From: a virus
Taxonomy: Duplodnaviria; Caudoviricetes
DNA length: 64,000 nucleotides
IMG/VR virus record: IMGVR_UViG_3300029305_005547
Span: 1-64,000 of that record
Strand: one strand, 5' to 3'
Shown piece after piece: positions 59,964-64,000 of the stretch. Positions within the stretch are counted from its first letter, which is position 1. Every line of letters begins with the position of its first letter. The notes beneath the pieces are model-generated. The model was not told where the DNA came from and searched no databases. It was given only the letters and a program-made list of their open reading frames with translations. A program made the position numbers and the translations under genes.

Positions 59964-62378
59964 ATGAAATTTGATGTACGCCCTATTCCTAGCGCAGTTG
60001 AAACTGGTTTTACCAGTAGATATATGGAAGCTAAGGTATTGGAAGATATTAAAGTTTTAAATGAAATCACTGAAAATTATTCCTTAGGCTATTTATCAGA
60101 ATCCTGTGCATTTGCAATGCTTGATATTATTAGTCAGAATGAAGATAGATTAATGGAAGCAGCTATGGACGCTGATGACACCATCGGTGGTATGTCTATT
60201 AAGGAACGATTAAACGCAAACATTAGCCCTCTTCAGTTTGTCGGTGAAGGTGTTTTACCTTATAAAGAAATCGTTAAAGCAAATGACGGTGAATCTTTAT
60301 ATAAAGCATATACTATGGAGAGAGCTTGGAATGGTGAAGATGCTGTTTATGAAATGGCATCTAAAATTGCCGACGCTAAAGAAAATGAACTCAGAATCTA
60401 TAAGGAAAGTTCAGGTGAAAAAGGATTTACTGAATTTGAACGTAACCTTTATAAGAACTATCCTGATGATAGAGTGACTCCTGATTTCTTATATGAAAGA
60501 GTAATTGAATCTAAGATTTTATCTGGTTCTTTATCTCTTGAAGATGGTTATGTTTTACAGGAGTTTATAGAATCGAGATTTGCGGTAAACGAAGACGTTA
60601 CATCTATGATGCCTGTTGTACCTTTAACTGGTGATGATTTATCTCCGGATTTATCAAATACCAGTATCAAAGATATGGTATCTGCAACAGATTCTGAAGC
60701 AGCCGACAACGATAATGATCCTACGGATCCAGATGATGATGGCGATGTTATTTATGGAACCATTAAAGTTGAAGAATCTGTAAGTTCACAGCTTAGAGAA
60801 GCTGGTGCTTTTGTTGCTTTGGAAGGTGTTGTTTATAAAAATAACATCGTATTCGATTCTGAAATTCGAAAATTATATGATAAACTTAAGAAAGATCTTA
60901 AGTTAACAAATCCTAACGATGAGCAGGCTTCTTTTAAGTCTATGATTAACGTTAAGAAAAATCGTTATACTCTTAATTTTGCTAATACCCAAACAGATCC
61001 TGCAAGCGTAACAACCGCAATTGTAAGTTGTGGTTTTAAACCAATTAAGGAAAATGGAGTAGTTGTAAAATACGAAAAAGTTTCTAAGGGAATTAAAATC
61101 ACAATTGAATTTACATCTGTCGATAATGGTGTTATTGCATTTTATGAAAATAGTGACGGTGTAGTGAAAGAATCATCCTTGGATGATAAAGTAAATTTCG
61201 GTATGGATTGTGATGCATCTGATGTAAAGAATGCAGCTAAAAAAGTAAAGAAACTTCGTGCTGATAAAGATACTAAGAAAGAAGATCTTGACCAGGCAGT
61301 TTCAAATCTTGACCATGCTATTGAGAACTATAAAGAAGTTCAGAAGGCACAAAAAGAAAAAGAGGTTAAAGAATCTGCAAAAGATTTAATCTGTGTTATT
61401 AGAAGTGCTAGAAATAAGAATATGACTTTCAGAGAATGGCTTACAGAATCTTGTGTAGATCAACTTACAAGCGATCATCCTTTATTTTGTAAGAATAGAG
61501 AAGTTGCATCATCTTACGTGAAAGAAGCATTTTATTCTGTAGTAGATGTACTTCGTCGAGGATCTACAGATGAATTTGTATCCGAACGCGTTAATACTGC
61601 AATTGATATGATTAACACTAAGATTCCTTCTTTGATGATTTCTGAAAGTAATTTTGGAGATTTCATCAATGACATTTTGGTTTCTTCTCCGGCGAAAAAA
61701 GTTTGTGAATCTTGTTATGAAATGTTAGAATCTGTTCATGATGAACATGTTACAGAATTTGCATTTACAGAGACTGTGAAAATGTTTACAGAATACGTTA
61801 ATCGCCAAATGGAAGATGAAATTACCTGTGAAAGAGTTCTTAATGATAAAGAATTTAGACAGGATGTATTTAATGAGTCTGGTGATAAGATCGATGATGA
61901 AATTCAGTCTACAGTAGAATTACTTAATAGACTTGGATACAAAGTAAAGTATTCTTCTGCCGGTCATAGTCAAACCAGAATCAAGGAAGACAATTATCGA
62001 GATGGTGTATATCATGGAAAACTTTATACAACCGCAAGAATTACATTCGATAAGCATTATGACCTTAAGTCAGTGCCGGATGGATGGTATGAAAACAAGA
62101 ATTCCGATAAAACAGCTATCTATGTAAGAGCATATTCCTATGATCCTAAGGATGGAACTCCTAATGAAGCATTTGAGAAGTGGAAAACTTCTTATATTAA
62201 GGCATTAAAGGATTGGGCTGAGAGTTTAAGTGAAGCTAAAGATCCTGAAGCAAAAACAGAATCTGCTATTGAAGATTTTGAAAAAGATCTTATGAGCGGA
62301 ACTGAACCTGTATTTGTTGAAAGCCCTGAAGTTGATTTTGATTCATTCATGGAATCTGAAATTGATGCTCTTAAATAA
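59964..62378 (+). CDS. large acidic probable internal head / scaffold-like protein
   Basis: late promoter AAACA ATCTTT TAA; many xES motifs. Confidence 0.55.
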   Translation: MKFDVRPIPSAVETGFTSRYMEAKVLEDIKVLNEITENYSLGYLSESCAFAMLDIISQNEDRLMEAAMDADDTIGGMSIKERLNANISPLQFVGEGVLPYKEIVKANDGESLYKAYTMERAWNGEDAVYEMASKIADAKENELRIYKESSGEKGFTEFERNLYKNYPDDRVTPDFLYERVIESKILSGSLSLEDGYVLQEFIESRFAVNEDVTSMMPVVPLTGDDLSPDLSNTSIKDMVSATDSEAADNDNDPTDPDDDGDVIYGTIKVEESVSSQLREAGAFVALEGVVYKNNIVFDSEIRKLYDKLKKDLKLTNPNDEQASFKSMINVKKNRYTLNFANTQTDPASVTTAIVSCGFKPIKENGVVVKYEKVSKGIKITIEFTSVDNGVIAFYENSDGVVKESSLDDKVNFGMDCDASDVKNAAKKVKKLRADKDTKKEDLDQAVSNLDHAIENYKEVQKAQKEKEVKESAKDLICVIRSARNKNMTFREWLTESCVDQLTSDHPLFCKNREVASSYVKEAFYSVVDVLRRGSTDEFVSERVNTAIDMINTKIPSLMISESNFGDFINDILVSSPAKKVCESCYEMLESVHDEHVTEFAFTETVKMFTEYVNRQMEDEITCERVLNDKEFRQDVFNESGDKIDDEIQSTVELLNRLGYKVKYSSAGHSQTRIKEDNYRDGVYHGKLYTTARITFDKHYDLKSVPDGWYENKNSDKTAIYVRAYSYDPKDGTPNEAFEKWKTSYIKALKDWAESLSEAKDPEAKTESAIEDFEKDLMSGTEPVFVESPEVDFDSFMESEIDALK

Positions 62379-62392
62379 TAACAAAACAATTT

Positions 62393-62419
62393 CCCCTAAC
62401 TACATTATGTAGTTAGGGG
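62393..62419. terminator. bidirectional terminator
   Basis: CCCCTAACTACAT/ATGTAGTTAGGGG. Confidence 0.8.
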
Positions 62420-62424
62420 TTATT

Positions 62425-62859
62425 TTATTTACGTATGAAAAATGCACACAGAAAAAATATCCACGTTAAAAATATTTGAAATAAATGAAATAAAAAATCC
62501 TGTTTAAGTGATAAGTATCCTTTATTTGCTTTCATATCATCAATAGAGTAATGAATAAAAATATTAGCAAAAAAGAATCCTAAAAATAATATAAAACCAG
62601 ACATATTCATTAGTTGATTATAACTTCTTATTAATAAATATATCGTTAACGGAATAAACACCATACAAGTCCATTCAAATGAATGAATAAATAACGAAAT
62701 TTTATAATCATTTTCATACTTTTCAAATGGATAATTTTCATCCCACCATTTTTTCTGTTTAAAATTACATAACTTTGTTTGAAGAACAAAATCATCTACT
62801 ATACTAAAAAATATCATTAATATGAATATTAAAATAGATTCACAAATTATATTAATCAT
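62425..62859 (-). CDS. DUF3307-like membrane protein
   Basis: DDFVLQ...LFIHS...IHYSIDD.K...DFLFH. Confidence 0.65.
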   Translation of the reverse strand: MINIICESILIFILMIFFSIVDDFVLQTKLCNFKQKKWWDENYPFEKYENDYKISLFIHSFEWTCMVFIPLTIYLLIRSYNQLMNMSGFILFLGFFFANIFIHYSIDDMKANKGYLSLKQDFLFHLFQIFLTWIFFLCAFFIRK

Positions 62860-63998
62860 AATTCTTTATTTGCCTCCATTTCAAGTTCTATTAATTTAAG
62901 TACATCTGTATTTAAGTATGTACTTATCTTTTCTCCTTCTATTTCTCGTCCATTCTTATCTTTGATATATGTACTAAGAACATCACCCACTGAAAGATTT
63001 CTATTCAATAAATAATCATATTTATCTACAATTTCATTTAAAACCTTTTCATCAGTAGATTTTTTCTTTGCCACATATCCATTTACGAATTCACAAGTTA
63101 CTTTAGGTTCATTCCTAAAATTCTCTCTCATACCATTAATAAAGAATTCAGGATTTGGATAATTTTCGGGTATATTGAAAATGAATTTTATCTTTACACA
63201 ATCGCTTGTTGCTACAAGATTACGAAGCGATTTGGAATAAGTTTCAAACATTTCATCTGATGAAAACATTTCGTGCTCATACCCAAATGAGTATGTTTTA
63301 AATTTAGGAGCATCATAATTCTCGTGAAACTCCGAAGAATATTTTTCATTAGACTCCAAATCACAAGTTATTTCATAATATCCCTTTGGTTCTTCTTCGC
63401 CATGAATCCAACGTGTAAAACTTCCTATATAATGAACCCATCCTTGAATAACTGAATGAACGTGATAATGACCAAAATATACTTCACCTTTACAGCATTT
63501 TTTAAAATCAGCTGTTGTAAAAGTTGCAGGTTTTAGTCGTCCATCACTTTTTTCTTTTTTAGATTCTCTTTTAATCATAGTCATTGCTTCAGCAATTACA
63601 CCATGACCAAAGATATAATCATATGCATTCTTTTTTGAAAAGTATTCTTCATAATAAGAATCTTTATCTTTAATATACTCTTCAGGAAGATATAATACAT
63701 TCATTCCAGGAAGTAATTCTTCTTCACATACATTTCGTATAACTTTAAAATCCAAACCTTTTCTATTTTCAAAGATAGAAAAGATATGGTACTGATCAGC
63801 TTCATGTGATTCTGTACCATATATAACTCTTATACATTTGGTGTACTGAACTAATTTATTCATAAGCCACAATCCACAATCACTTGCTCTATCGTTTAAG
63901 AATATTTTCTTATCCCAGTAATCACCAGCAATAATTATAAAGTCAAAAAAATTTCTAGTATCTAATAAATTAAATAGATTTTTCCTAAGTTCTAATCG
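62856..63998 (-). CDS. SbcD/Mre11-like metallophosphoesterase nuclease (5' end outside window)
   Basis: frame open to window edge; IIIAGDYWD, GTESHE, FGHG, FGHYHVH, YIGSFTRW.HGEE..KGY. Confidence 0.85.
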   Translation of the reverse strand, partial: RLELRKNLFNLLDTRNFFDFIIIAGDYWDKKIFLNDRASDCGLWLMNKLVQYTKCIRVIYGTESHEADQYHIFSIFENRKGLDFKVIRNVCEEELLPGMNVLYLPEEYIKDKDSYYEEYFSKKNAYDYIFGHGVIAEAMTMIKRESKKEKSDGRLKPATFTTADFKKCCKGEVYFGHYHVHSVIQGWVHYIGSFTRWIHGEEEPKGYYEITCDLESNEKYSSEFHENYDAPKFKTYSFGYEHEMFSSDEMFETYSKSLRNLVATSDCVKIKFIFNIPENYPNPEFFINGMRENFRNEPKVTCEFVNGYVAKKKSTDEKVLNEIVDKYDYLLNRNLSVGDVLSTYIKDKNGREIEGEKISTYLNTDVLKLIELEMEANKEL

Positions 63999-64000
63999 TA

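Noticed and set aside
1-64000. Alternative genetic code (stop recoding)
   Set aside because: Long core genes are intact in code 11 and coding density is high.

Overview
AT-rich segment of a jumbo myovirus of the AR9/PBS1/phiKZ-related group that encodes its own multisubunit RNA polymerases. The host is probably an anaerobic gut Firmicute (Lachnospiraceae/Clostridia-like). Core genes are scattered among many small hypothetical ORFs. They include a long RNAP beta' subunit plus a separate probable beta' C-terminal piece, portal, tail sheath and tube, class III RNR (NrdD), a split family-B DNA polymerase, an SSB-like protein, a GroEL-like chaperonin, a probable nvRNAP sigma-like subunit, a membrane-fused DHFR, primase, a GH25 endolysin and an SbcD/Mre11 nuclease. 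Two phage promoter motifs recur: TATATTATT-N5/6-GAATA (early-like) and AACA-N6-TAA (AR9 late-like). The most striking feature is an 81-bp hairpin element present four times (19230, 27843, 41459 truncated, 56800). Three copies are fused in the same register (stop codon | L-N-S-K/N) to different start-less tail-fibre tip modules, and the fourth is empty. This suggests a dispersed silent-cassette system for swapping receptor-binding tips. Two candidate structured ncRNAs (24043-24359 and 56182-56397) each have their own late promoter and terminator. All functional calls come from motif recognition by eye; no database searches were run.
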